Source of the DNA: an uncultured Desulfobulbaceae bacterium
GTDB lineage: Bacteria; Desulfobacterota; Dissulfuribacteria; Dissulfuribacterales; DYLC01
Assembly: GCA_964427245.1 (NCBI GenBank)
Contig: CAYRSX010000038.1
Span: 2,495-66,494, forward strand
Length of the DNA: 64,000 nucleotides
Direction of reading: 5' to 3'
Shown: positions 26,519 through 35,195 of the stretch, piece after piece
Position numbering within the stretch: the stretch's first letter is position 1
Layout: every line of letters starts with the position of its first letter
The notes under the pieces: generated by a model
What the model was told of the DNA's origin: nothing
What the model saw: only the letters and a program-made list of their open reading frames with translations
Databases searched by the model: none
Program-made: the position numbers and the translations under genes

Positions 26519-27202
26519 TTATGCCGGTATTCCAATGGATAATTTTTGAGCATCCATGTGCAATATCCAGCCTGTTTCCACGGTTTTTACTGAAAGATAT
26601 TTCTTCAGAATGGAGGCCGGATAGACGGTTTCAAAGGCCTGTTGAGTTGAATCTGTTTGTTGTTCTTCCGTAAACGGTGAGCCGTTTTGGCTGAATGTTA
26701 TGGAATATGCCGCAGGATTGTCTGTGATCGCACAATTTATTTCAAAATCGCATGGTGTTTTGTGCCGCAGGCCTTCTATGCTCAAGGCTATGCAGCCTCC
26801 GATGATTCCGCGTGCCGTCGCTTCTTGGGCTATGGTAAAGACCTGTTTCTGAAATAGGTTAATCGTTTTGTTGACTTTGTGTTTGAAAAATAGATCCGCA
26901 TTCCAGAAGGCTAGTTCTTGTTCTATCATGTCATTCAGAACTATCGGCTGGACTTGAGTATTATTTGTGTTGGCATGATTTACCATGCATTGTATTTGTT
27001 TTTCAAGTCTTTTTATGTTCGCTTGCAGATTGTCGATTTGCTGCTGGTTGATTGATTTTATTTTATCTATCAATTCCGTCTGCATGGAAATTATCTGCAA
27101 TGGTCCATTCAGATTATGTACAAGACCCTTGAGCAGCATAGCTGTAAGTTGTGCGGGGAGATTGTTGAAAAGATATAGACATTCCTCATTGGTTAGATTC
27201 AT
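26519..27202 (-). CDS. DHp/H-box-containing kinase-like protein lacking recognisable ATP-binding boxes
   Basis: It has the H-box-like KGLVHNLNGPLQIISMQTELI (His29) followed by a coiled coil. The C-terminal half has no clear N, G1 or G2 box. Confidence 0.55.
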   Translation of the reverse strand: MNLTNEECLYLFNNLPAQLTAMLLKGLVHNLNGPLQIISMQTELIDKIKSINQQQIDNLQANIKRLEKQIQCMVNHANTNNTQVQPIVLNDMIEQELAFWNADLFFKHKVNKTINLFQKQVFTIAQEATARGIIGGCIALSIEGLRHKTPCDFEINCAITDNPAAYSITFSQNGSPFTEEQQTDSTQQAFETVYPASILKKYLSVKTVETGWILHMDAQKLSIGIPA

Positions 27203-27219
27203 AACCGGCCTTTACAAGA

Positions 27220-27858
27220 TTATATTTTAGCAAACAGTTTCTGTTTCATGAGATTGAATTCGTCGAGAGATATCAGACCTTTTTCGTAAAGATTACTCAG
27301 TCGTTCCAAGTGTGTCAGGGAATCGTTTCCGCTTTGTGTCTGTGCATAATAGGCCGACGGTGGTATGTCCGTTGGATAGAGGAAGATGGGCTGGCTGAGC
27401 TGGGCCGATCGTTCTGTCTGTCTCAGGTTGTCCAGCTCTTCAAGCCGCTTTAAGAGCGCTCGGTTTTCTTTGAGCAAAAGGATTCTTTCGCAGGCATTTT
27501 GCACACTGATCTCTACTTCATCCAGCCGAAAGGGTTTGCGGATATAATCGTAGGCCCCCTGATGAATGGCCTCTATGGCGGTGTCGAGAGAGGCATAGCC
27601 TGTCATGATGATGATCATGATTTCTGAATAAAGTTCCTTGGCTTTTTTCATTACCTCTGTGCCGCTTGCACCGGGCATAATAAGATCGGTTATGAGTAGG
27701 TCGTATGAGTGTGCCTGAAGCGCGGATATGGCATCAAGTCCATTATATACGACTGTTATTTGCCTTTCGGGCCTGCTAAGGTCGTTAGCGAGCAGATCCC
27801 CGACAGCTTTTTCATCCTCTGCAACAAGAATGCTGATAGAGGGGCGGTCATCTGTCAT
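27220..27858 (-). CDS. response regulator receiver domain with a C-terminal SHOCT-like tail
   Basis: ILVAEDE...LLITDLIMPG...IIIMTGYAS...DYIRKPF is a REC domain. The C-terminal LERLSNLYEKGLISLDEFNLMKQKL resembles SHOCT. Confidence 0.8.
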   Translation of the reverse strand: MTDDRPSISILVAEDEKAVGDLLANDLSRPERQITVVYNGLDAISALQAHSYDLLITDLIMPGASGTEVMKKAKELYSEIMIIIMTGYASLDTAIEAIHQGAYDYIRKPFRLDEVEISVQNACERILLLKENRALLKRLEELDNLRQTERSAQLSQPIFLYPTDIPPSAYYAQTQSGNDSLTHLERLSNLYEKGLISLDEFNLMKQKLFAKI

Positions 27859-27969
27859 GGAGTGAGCCTATTGAACGGAGATTTCGCGGGAGAACACACA
27901 GGTTCACCCTTACAAATATATGACATTTTTTTTGAAGGATGTAAATGGCTGAAATTTATTTCACGCGCA

Positions 27970-27997
27970 GTAGGGGCGCACGGCCGTGCGCCCCTAC
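27970..27997. repeat. perfect 28-nt palindrome (repeat module M3)
   Basis: GTAGGGGCGCACGGCCGTGCGCCCCTAC is its own reverse complement. A degenerate copy lies at about 31902..31929. Confidence 0.9.
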
Positions 27998-28445
27998 AAA
28001 TCAATTCATCCGTTTGTATTTTTGAGCTTGTTTTTTATGATGAATGGTGGTAAAGGGCTTAAAAAACGCAGCTTTCTTCATTTGCCGTGGAGTGAATCAA
28101 TTGTGTTGCTTGCACAGGGCGACCCCAGGAGTAAATGTTCGCGCTGCCGGTTCATGGATTTATGGCCTTTTCATTTCGAGGTATGAACAAAATTAAATGG
28201 AAGACTATCACAGTTTAAGCTCATTTCGTTTGACTCTCAAATTTCGCGCTGCTACGCAACTGAGGCTGCTGCGCATGTGACGGTTTTGCACGCCCTGATT
28301 TACGTGCCTGTTCACTGGCAGCATTCCGGTTTGCGGAGTGTGGAGGTGAACAGTGCAAGGGCAAAATTCGTTCAAAACAGACCCCCTTTTTAAGGAAAAC
28401 AATGCAGGGCTTGGTCAGACAAGGGCTGGTGCAGAGTCCAGGTTC

Positions 28446-31016
28446 ATGGAATTGTGTCTGGCGCCCCTTTCAGATGTACTATCAAGACTTAACACATCGC
28501 TAAACGGTCTGTCATCGGAAGAAGCCGGCCGCAGATTGGCTGAATACGGGCCAAACGAGCCTGCTGAAACCAAAAGACTGAGCCTTTTGCTGGAACTTCT
28601 TTCAAGATTGAAAAACCCATTGAATCTTCAGCTGGTAGTCATAGCCTTTCTGTCTTTTTTGCTCGGAGAGACGCTGGCCTCGGTTATGGTCCTTTCAATG
28701 ATTTTTCTAAGCATAGGGTTGTCCTTCGTGTTGGACAGGCGTTCCACAAAGGCAGTGGAATCACTTGGTAAGCGTGTTCAGTCCAGGACCGTTGTGCTGA
28801 GGGATGGCGTTGAGACGGAGATGCGCATCTCCGAGGTAGTGCCAGGGGATATTGTGGTGCTCAGCGCCGGCTCCATTATCCCAGCGGATGTGCGATTGAT
28901 TACCGCCAAGGATTTTTTTGTCAGCGAGTCGGCCCTGACAGGCGAGTCCATGCCAGTGGAAAAGACCTTCACGCCTTTGCCCGATGGCCAGAGAAACACG
29001 GCTCTTGCCTTGAATAACGCCTGTTTTCTTGGAACATTTGTGGTCAGTGGAGCGGCCAGGGCATTGGTTATCAACACAGGCAAAGACACGATTTTCGGCT
29101 CCATTGCCCAGAGCCTTACAGGGCACCGCCATGAGACGAGTTTCGATAGGGGAATTAAGTTTCTGACCTGGCTACTGATGCGTCTTATGCTGGTGGTCGT
29201 GTCTTTAGTCTTTTTGATTGTAGGCCTGACCAAAGGAAACTGGCTGGAGGCCCTGCTATTTGGTCTTTCTGTAGCCGTAGGCCTTACGCCTGAGATGCTT
29301 CCCATGATTCTCACGGTGAATCTGGCAAAGGGCGCCCTGAGTATGGCGAAAAAGAAGGTCATCGTCAAGCAGCTTCCAGCCATTCAGAACTTCGGCGCTA
29401 TTGATATTCTATGCACAGACAAGACAGGCACTCTTACGCAGGATAGAGTGGTGCTCGAGAAGCATGTGGATATCATAGGTAACGAGAGTGAAGATGTGCT
29501 GAATTATGCCTATCTCAACAGCTATTACCAGACTGGCCTCAGAAGTCTCATAGATCGCGCCGTGCTCGACTATACGAATCTGGATGTGGAACGCAATTGC
29601 AGGCTGGTGGATGAGTTGCCCTTTGATTTTCAGCGCAAACGGATGTCTGTGGTGGTGGACTATGAAGGCGACCATGTGCTCATCTGTAAGGGTGCAGTGG
29701 AGGAGATATACGGCTGTTGCACACATTATCAGATCGGTGACGAGGTATATCCGCTTATAGACCTGCTCAGGGCCGAACTCTTTGAGGATGTGGAGGAGTT
29801 GAGCAGAAACGGTTTTCGTGTGCTGGGAGTTGCCTATCGGGAGTTTTCCAGAGACAAGACCTCATTTACGGTGGCGGATGAAAGTAATCTGATATTGCTT
29901 GGTTATATGGCATTTTACGACCCGCCCAAAGATTCGGCCATGGACGCCGTTCGTCTGCTCAAAAAAGCAGGGGTCAGTGTGAAGGTTTTGACTGGTGACA
30001 ATGCCCTGGTGACTCAGAAGGTTTGTGTAGATGTGGGTTTGCCGGTGAGCCGCGTGGTGACTGGAAGCGAGCTTGCCTCTCTTTCTGCAGAGGATTTTTC
30101 CAAGGCTGTGCGAGAGGCGCAGGCGTTCGTCAAGCTCAGCCCTTCTCAGAAGGAGCAGATAGTCAAGGAGTTTCGTTCTCATGGCCATGTGGTGGGTTTT
30201 ATGGGAGACGGTATCAATGATGTTCCTGCCCTGAAGGTTGCTGATGTGGGTATATCGGTGGATTCGGCTGTGGATGTGGCCAAGGAGGCCGCAGACATAG
30301 TGTTATTGGAGAAGAGCCTTTTGGTGCTGGAAGAGGGCATTTTGGAGGGCAGGCGGGTTTTTATGAACATCATAAAGTATATTCGAATGGGTGCAAGTTC
30401 CAATTTCGGCAATATGTTCAGTGTGATAGGGGCCAGCTATCTGCTGCCGTTTTTGCCCATGCAGCCCATTCAGATACTGACAAACAACCTGCTCTATGAT
30501 TTTTCTCAGACAGGCATTCCAACGGACAACGTGGACGAGGAGTTCATTGCAAAGCCGCTCAAATGGGACATCGAAGGCATCAAGCGTTTTATCTTTTGCA
30601 TAGGTCCCATCAGTTCCGTATTCGACTATGCCACATTTGCCCTGATGTGGTTTTACTATGGGGCGAAGGTGTTCGTGGATGCAACGGCCACCGCGGTTCA
30701 GAAGGATTATGCTGAGCGTCTCTTTCAGACAGGTTGGTTTGTGGAGTCCCTCATAACTCAGATGCTTATTGTGTATATCATCAGAACCAAACGAATACCT
30801 TTTGTGGAGAGTCGGCCGTCTCTGCCCATGCTTTTGGTCACTGTAATGGTCATGGCTTGTTGCGCCTGGCTGCCTTACTCACCCCTTTCCGTATATCTTG
30901 GCATGGTGCCGCTGCCTGCATCCTATTGGTTCTGGATAGTAGGATTCATGTTGTCCTACGGCGTTATAACCCACTGGGTCAAGCTTTGGTTTTATAAAAA
31001 ATATAGAGGTCATTGA
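28446..31016 (+). CDS. mgtA: magnesium-translocating P-type ATPase
   Basis: DKTGTLT phosphorylation site, TGES, MGDGINDVPAL, and an MgtA-like N-terminus (LNTSLNGLSSEEAGRRLAEYGPNE). I preferred the ATG at 28446 to the GTG at 28353. Confidence 0.9.
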   Translation: MELCLAPLSDVLSRLNTSLNGLSSEEAGRRLAEYGPNEPAETKRLSLLLELLSRLKNPLNLQLVVIAFLSFLLGETLASVMVLSMIFLSIGLSFVLDRRSTKAVESLGKRVQSRTVVLRDGVETEMRISEVVPGDIVVLSAGSIIPADVRLITAKDFFVSESALTGESMPVEKTFTPLPDGQRNTALALNNACFLGTFVVSGAARALVINTGKDTIFGSIAQSLTGHRHETSFDRGIKFLTWLLMRLMLVVVSLVFLIVGLTKGNWLEALLFGLSVAVGLTPEMLPMILTVNLAKGALSMAKKKVIVKQLPAIQNFGAIDILCTDKTGTLTQDRVVLEKHVDIIGNESEDVLNYAYLNSYYQTGLRSLIDRAVLDYTNLDVERNCRLVDELPFDFQRKRMSVVVDYEGDHVLICKGAVEEIYGCCTHYQIGDEVYPLIDLLRAELFEDVEELSRNGFRVLGVAYREFSRDKTSFTVADESNLILLGYMAFYDPPKDSAMDAVRLLKKAGVSVKVLTGDNALVTQKVCVDVGLPVSRVVTGSELASLSAEDFSKAVREAQAFVKLSPSQKEQIVKEFRSHGHVVGFMGDGINDVPALKVADVGISVDSAVDVAKEAADIVLLEKSLLVLEEGILEGRRVFMNIIKYIRMGASSNFGNMFSVIGASYLLPFLPMQPIQILTNNLLYDFSQTGIPTDNVDEEFIAKPLKWDIEGIKRFIFCIGPISSVFDYATFALMWFYYGAKVFVDATATAVQKDYAERLFQTGWFVESLITQMLIVYIIRTKRIPFVESRPSLPMLLVTVMVMACCAWLPYSPLSVYLGMVPLPASYWFWIVGFMLSYGVITHWVKLWFYKKYRGH

Positions 31017-31018
31017 AC

Positions 31019-31825
31019 ATGGATACACTTTTAGATGCCCTGCAGGAAGGAAGGTTGTTTGAGCTTCCGGAGAACGACAAGGCGGACGCTATGCAGTTTC
31101 TCGCTCACATCATTGAGGCATTCCCCGACATACCGCCGGGTATTGATATCGTGTCTGATGTCCTGGCCCGAGAAAAGGCCATCAATTCCTCCATAGGTAA
31201 CGGATGGGCATGCCCCCAGGCAAAGGTGCCTTTTGAAGGGGACCTCATGTGTGTTGTTGGGTGGAGTCCCACCGGTATTGATTACGGGGCCAAGGATGGC
31301 CATCCAGTTTCCCTGATGGTCATGCATCTTGTGCCTATAAATCAGCGGAATCATTATCTTCGTGAAATCTCCATACTGGCCAAGGCCATAGAGGCCAGGC
31401 CTGATGTATCGAGACTGGAGCAGTCGGCGGACCTGAACGATGTCAGAAATTATCTCTTGGACCTGATTTCCGAGACCAAGGGGATAGTCGGGCCTGATTC
31501 CCGGGCCCGTATGATCAAACTTCAGGCTAGAATGATGCCCGAGCCTCAGGGCGTATGGGATGTGGCGGGCCTGACGGTGGAGCCGGTTACCCTTATATTC
31601 GGGCCAGGCATGCAGAAGCCGTTGGTGTTGGGGCATAACGCCGGACTGGTGGAATGGTTGGATAGTAGTGCGGGCGTGTTGGAGCGTATTGAAAGTGATG
31701 GCTTTTATCAGAACGGAAACTGGCGTCTCATGCGTTGGCAGAGCACCGCTTTTCAGGGAGGCCGCGTGCTCTACAAGTGCATCGCCATGGCGACCGGTGG
31801 TTTGCCGGTTCGAAAATCCAAATAA
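31019..31825 (+). CDS. PTS EIIA(Ntr)-like domain protein with Gln in place of the phospho-His, plus an uncharacterised C-terminal half
   Basis: LAREKAINSSIGNGWACPQAKV aligns with E. coli PtsN LTREKMGSTGIGNGIAIPHGKL, so His73 corresponds to Gln. VSLMVMHLVP aligns with DLLFALLVP. The start lies 3 nt after the mgtA stop. Confidence 0.65.
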   Translation: MDTLLDALQEGRLFELPENDKADAMQFLAHIIEAFPDIPPGIDIVSDVLAREKAINSSIGNGWACPQAKVPFEGDLMCVVGWSPTGIDYGAKDGHPVSLMVMHLVPINQRNHYLREISILAKAIEARPDVSRLEQSADLNDVRNYLLDLISETKGIVGPDSRARMIKLQARMMPEPQGVWDVAGLTVEPVTLIFGPGMQKPLVLGHNAGLVEWLDSSAGVLERIESDGFYQNGNWRLMRWQSTAFQGGRVLYKCIAMATGGLPVRKSK

Positions 31826-31832
31826 AAGAGTT

Positions 31833-31929
31833 GTGACAGGTGGCCTCTTTTGTCATTTCGGGCAAACCCTCTGTCATTTCGAGCGTAGCGAGAAATCTTA
31901 AGTAGGGGCGCATAGCCGTGCGTCTCTAC
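31833..31929. repeat. mosaic repeat cluster (M1 variants plus a degenerate M3)
   Basis: TGTCATTTCGGGCAAACCCTCTGTCATTTCGAGCGTAGCGAGAAATCTTAAGTAGGGGCGCATAGCCGTGCGTCTCTAC. The first part is colinear with 37697..37746. Confidence 0.85.
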
Positions 31930-32181
31930 TTCTAATGGCGCCCTGATATGGATTTTTTTGCCCCAAAGCCTTGACAAAGCAAAAAACGGCGTGTTAACAA
32001 GAAGACAATCTGTGCAATATCCTCAGTCCTGACGCTGTGTTCGAACGCAGATATTTCCCGTGCCCGGTTGGGCCTGATTTTATTTTATCGTTCATATAGA
32101 ATTATTAGGTAGCATTGAGAAAATCGCTTTATTGAGTGTAGTAGCGGCAATGTATTCAATTTACGAAAAGGAGTCTCAAAC

Positions 32182-32730
32182 ATGAAAGAAGTACGACTTC
32201 ATGGTCGCGGCGGTCAGGGTGGTGTCACCTCCGCGGAGCTGGTGGCCACGGCAGCCATAGCTGAAGGCCGATATGCCCAGGCGTTTCCAAGCTTTGGGCC
32301 GGAGCGCAGGGGCGCGCCTGTCACTGCCTTTGTGCGAGTCAGTGACACACAGATCCGTACAAGGGAAAAGGTCTATCATCCGGATATAGTCTTGGTTTTG
32401 GATGCGTCCTTGCCTGGCATTGTAAAGGTTTCAGAGGGGTTGAAGGATGGCGGAATAGTCATTCTTAATTCCTCTCTGTGTGAAGACGATATTCGCAAAG
32501 AGTTCGGTCTCACGGCCAAGTTGGCTGTGGTGGATGCCAATACCATAGCCAAAGAGGTGCTTGGTATCCCCATAACCAATACCACCATGCTTGGAGCGCT
32601 TCTAAAGGTAACTGGCATAACCGGTTTGGATGCCATCAGCGACGCCCTTGACAAGCGCTTCGGCAAGCTGGCGGAGAAGAATAAGGCGGCTCTGAGAAGG
32701 GCCTATGAAGAGACTAAAATCTACGGTTGA
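32182..32730 (+). CDS. porG: 2-oxoacid (pyruvate):ferredoxin oxidoreductase gamma subunit
   Basis: VRLHGRGGQGGVTSAELVA..., followed by the gamma-delta-alpha-beta gene order. Confidence 0.85.
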   Translation: MKEVRLHGRGGQGGVTSAELVATAAIAEGRYAQAFPSFGPERRGAPVTAFVRVSDTQIRTREKVYHPDIVLVLDASLPGIVKVSEGLKDGGIVILNSSLCEDDIRKEFGLTAKLAVVDANTIAKEVLGIPITNTTMLGALLKVTGITGLDAISDALDKRFGKLAEKNKAALRRAYEETKIYG

Positions 32731-32761
32731 TAGAATTATAATAGCTTTTAAGGAGAATAAT

Positions 32762-33073
32762 ATGGCAATAAGCGACGCCATTATAGGATGGAAGACACTG
32801 CCTTTCGGCGGCCATGTGCTGGAACCGGGCAGTACGGCCAAATTCAAGACAGGAGACTGGAAATCGCAGCATCCTGTCACAGATAATTCTAAATGTATAA
32901 AGTGTGGCATGTGCTGGATATTTTGTCCTGAGGTGGCCTATCAGCAGACCGAAGAGGGCTTTTATGTGGCAAATCTGGATTATTGTAAGGGATGTGGCAT
33001 CTGCGCCCATGAGTGTCCCAAGAATGCCATCACCATGATTGCAGAGGAGGGTGGAAAATGTCAAAGCGTGTAG
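32762..33073 (+). CDS. porD: 2-oxoacid:ferredoxin oxidoreductase delta subunit (2x[4Fe-4S] ferredoxin)
   Basis: CIKCGMCWIFCP and CKGCGICAHECP. SD AAGGAG precedes the ATG at 32762. Confidence 0.85.
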   Translation: MAISDAIIGWKTLPFGGHVLEPGSTAKFKTGDWKSQHPVTDNSKCIKCGMCWIFCPEVAYQQTEEGFYVANLDYCKGCGICAHECPKNAITMIAEEGGKCQSV

Positions 33074-34236
33074 GAGTAGAGGTTTCCATTGCAATGGCGG
33101 ATACCGTGGCCCTTGCCAGGGCCGAGGTGATTTCAGCATATCCCATCACGCCTCAGACTCACATAGTGGAGCATCTGTCCGAGATTGTTGCCAACGGACA
33201 TCTGGACGCCGAATTCATTCCAGTGGAGTCGGAGCATGCTGCCCTGAGTTGTGCATGCGGCTCTTCCGCCGCCGGCGCCAGGACGTTTACAGCCACCAGT
33301 TCCCAAGGCCTGTCCCTGATGAGCGAGATACTCTATCATCCCGGTCCTATGAGGCTGCCCATCGTCATGGTGGTGGCCAATCGAGCCCTGGCCGCTCCCA
33401 TCAGTATCTGGAATGACCATCAGGACATCATGGTGCAGAGGGATATCGGCTGGATACAGACATTTGCGGAAAACGGTCAGGAGGCGGTTGACCTGTTGCT
33501 TCATGCCTTCAGAGTGGCGGAAGACAAACGTGTCGCGTTGCCTTTTATTGTCAACATAGATGGTTTTACGCTTAGCCATGTTATAGAGCCCATCATCATG
33601 CCTGATCAGGAAGAGGTGGACAGATATATCCCTTCATTCAAGCCGCATTACAAGCTGGATCCAAGAAAGCCCATCAGTATGGGGCCTGTAGGGATTCCGG
33701 AGGTATATACTGAAGAAAAAATGGTCCACAATGAGGTGTTAAAGGCCTCCAAGCGTGTCATTTTGCAGGGCTGGAAGGAATTTGCCGAGCAATTTGGCAG
33801 GCAATACAATCCGGTCGAGGTGTATCGTACAGAGGATGCCGAGACTCTGTTAGTTACGATGGGTAGCATCTCCGAGACTGCCATGACCGCAGTGGATGAA
33901 ATGCGTAATGCGGGCAAAAAGGTCGGTCTGGTGCGTATTCGTCTCTGGCGGCCGTTCCCTGGTCCGGAATTCAGAAAGGCCATAGGTAAGGCCAAAGTTC
34001 TGGCTGTGATCGACAGATGCCTGCCTCCAGGTGCGGTGTGTGGTCCTGTGGGTGCTGAGTTGCGTTCTCTGCTCTATCGTGTGCCGGGTGCTCCGAAGAT
34101 ATTTAGCTTTGTGGCGGGTCTGGGCGGTAGGGATGTGACCGTTGACAGATTCAAGGAGATAGTGGACAAGGCAGAGATGTATGCCAAGAAACGTCCTGTA
34201 GAACTTTATGAAGTGATAGGGGTGCGCGAAAAATGA
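33058..34236 (+). CDS. porA: 2-oxoacid:ferredoxin oxidoreductase alpha subunit
   Basis: MSKRVGVEVSIAMADTVALARAEVISAYPITPQTHIVE... is a typical PorA N-terminus. SD GGAGGG precedes the ATG at 33058. Confidence 0.85.
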   Translation: MSKRVGVEVSIAMADTVALARAEVISAYPITPQTHIVEHLSEIVANGHLDAEFIPVESEHAALSCACGSSAAGARTFTATSSQGLSLMSEILYHPGPMRLPIVMVVANRALAAPISIWNDHQDIMVQRDIGWIQTFAENGQEAVDLLLHAFRVAEDKRVALPFIVNIDGFTLSHVIEPIIMPDQEEVDRYIPSFKPHYKLDPRKPISMGPVGIPEVYTEEKMVHNEVLKASKRVILQGWKEFAEQFGRQYNPVEVYRTEDAETLLVTMGSISETAMTAVDEMRNAGKKVGLVRIRLWRPFPGPEFRKAIGKAKVLAVIDRCLPPGAVCGPVGAELRSLLYRVPGAPKIFSFVAGLGGRDVTVDRFKEIVDKAEMYAKKRPVELYEVIGVREK

Positions 34237-35168
34237 TACCTGAACTCGAAAAATTTGTCGGCTTTTCCGCCAAGAATCTTTCCAAGGATGAACCCCTTGC
34301 CTCTGGTCACAGGGCATGTCAGGGTTGTGGAGAGGTTTTGGCCCTGCGTATGGTCATGAAGGCCCTTGGTAGGGATGTAATTGTATGCAATGCCACCGGT
34401 TGTATGGAGATTGTCACGTCTCCATTCCCACAGACTGCATGGAACGTGCCGTGGATACATATCGCCTTTGAGAATGCCGCATCTGTTGCATCCGGCGTAG
34501 AGGCCGCTCGCAAGGTCCTGGCCCGTAAAGGTAAGATTTCCAAGAAGCATGTGGATATTTTGGCCGTTGGTGGCGATGGCGCCACTGGCGATATAGGTCT
34601 TCAGTGGATATCAGGCGCTATGGAGCGTGGCCATGATTTTCTATATGTCTGTCTGGATAACGAGGCCTATATGAATACAGGTGTTCAGCGCTCTGGTTGT
34701 ACTCCATACGGCGCCATGACCACCACAAGCCCTCCGGGTTCACAGAGCTTTGGCCAGGTAACCTGGAAGAAGAATGTTCCGGCCATTATGGCGGCGCATG
34801 GCATCAAATATGTGGCCACTGCATCGCCTGCCTACTACCTGGATCTCATGAACAAGGTCAAAAAGGCGGCTATGGTCAAGGGGCCAGCCTATGTGCATAT
34901 ATATTCTCCATGTCCAACAGGTTGGGGATCGGCTGGTGAACGTTCCATAGAGATCGCTCGCCTTGTGGTGGAGACCAAGGTATTTCCTCTTTATGAAATA
35001 ATAGACGGCAAATACATCATGAGCCGCAAGATTACCAAGCCCAAGCCGGTTACCGAGTATCTAAAGACACAGCGTCGCTTCAGGCATCTGAAAGAGGAAC
35101 AGATCAACTATATTCAGAGCCGTGTGGATGCAGAGTATGAAAAGCTTCTGAAGTTATCGGAGATGTAA
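34233..35168 (+). CDS. porB: 2-oxoacid:ferredoxin oxidoreductase beta subunit (TPP-binding)
   Basis: GHRACQGCGE, GGDGATGDIG and NEAYMNTGVQ are TPP and FeS motifs. ATGA overlap with porA. Confidence 0.85.
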   Translation: MIPELEKFVGFSAKNLSKDEPLASGHRACQGCGEVLALRMVMKALGRDVIVCNATGCMEIVTSPFPQTAWNVPWIHIAFENAASVASGVEAARKVLARKGKISKKHVDILAVGGDGATGDIGLQWISGAMERGHDFLYVCLDNEAYMNTGVQRSGCTPYGAMTTTSPPGSQSFGQVTWKKNVPAIMAAHGIKYVATASPAYYLDLMNKVKKAAMVKGPAYVHIYSPCPTGWGSAGERSIEIARLVVETKVFPLYEIIDGKYIMSRKITKPKPVTEYLKTQRRFRHLKEEQINYIQSRVDAEYEKLLKLSEM

Positions 35169-35195
35169 AATGTTTTTTTAGCCATGTAATTTTTT

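Noticed and set aside
28040-28445. M-box (ykoK) Mg2+ riboswitch upstream of mgtA
   Set aside because: I looked for the conserved strings I remember from the M-box (GTTAGGTGAGGC, ACGCTGC..GCCC, GTGCTAAAGCTCTACG) on the mgtA strand and found none. Only generic hairpins are present, and an Infernal scan would be needed to be sure.
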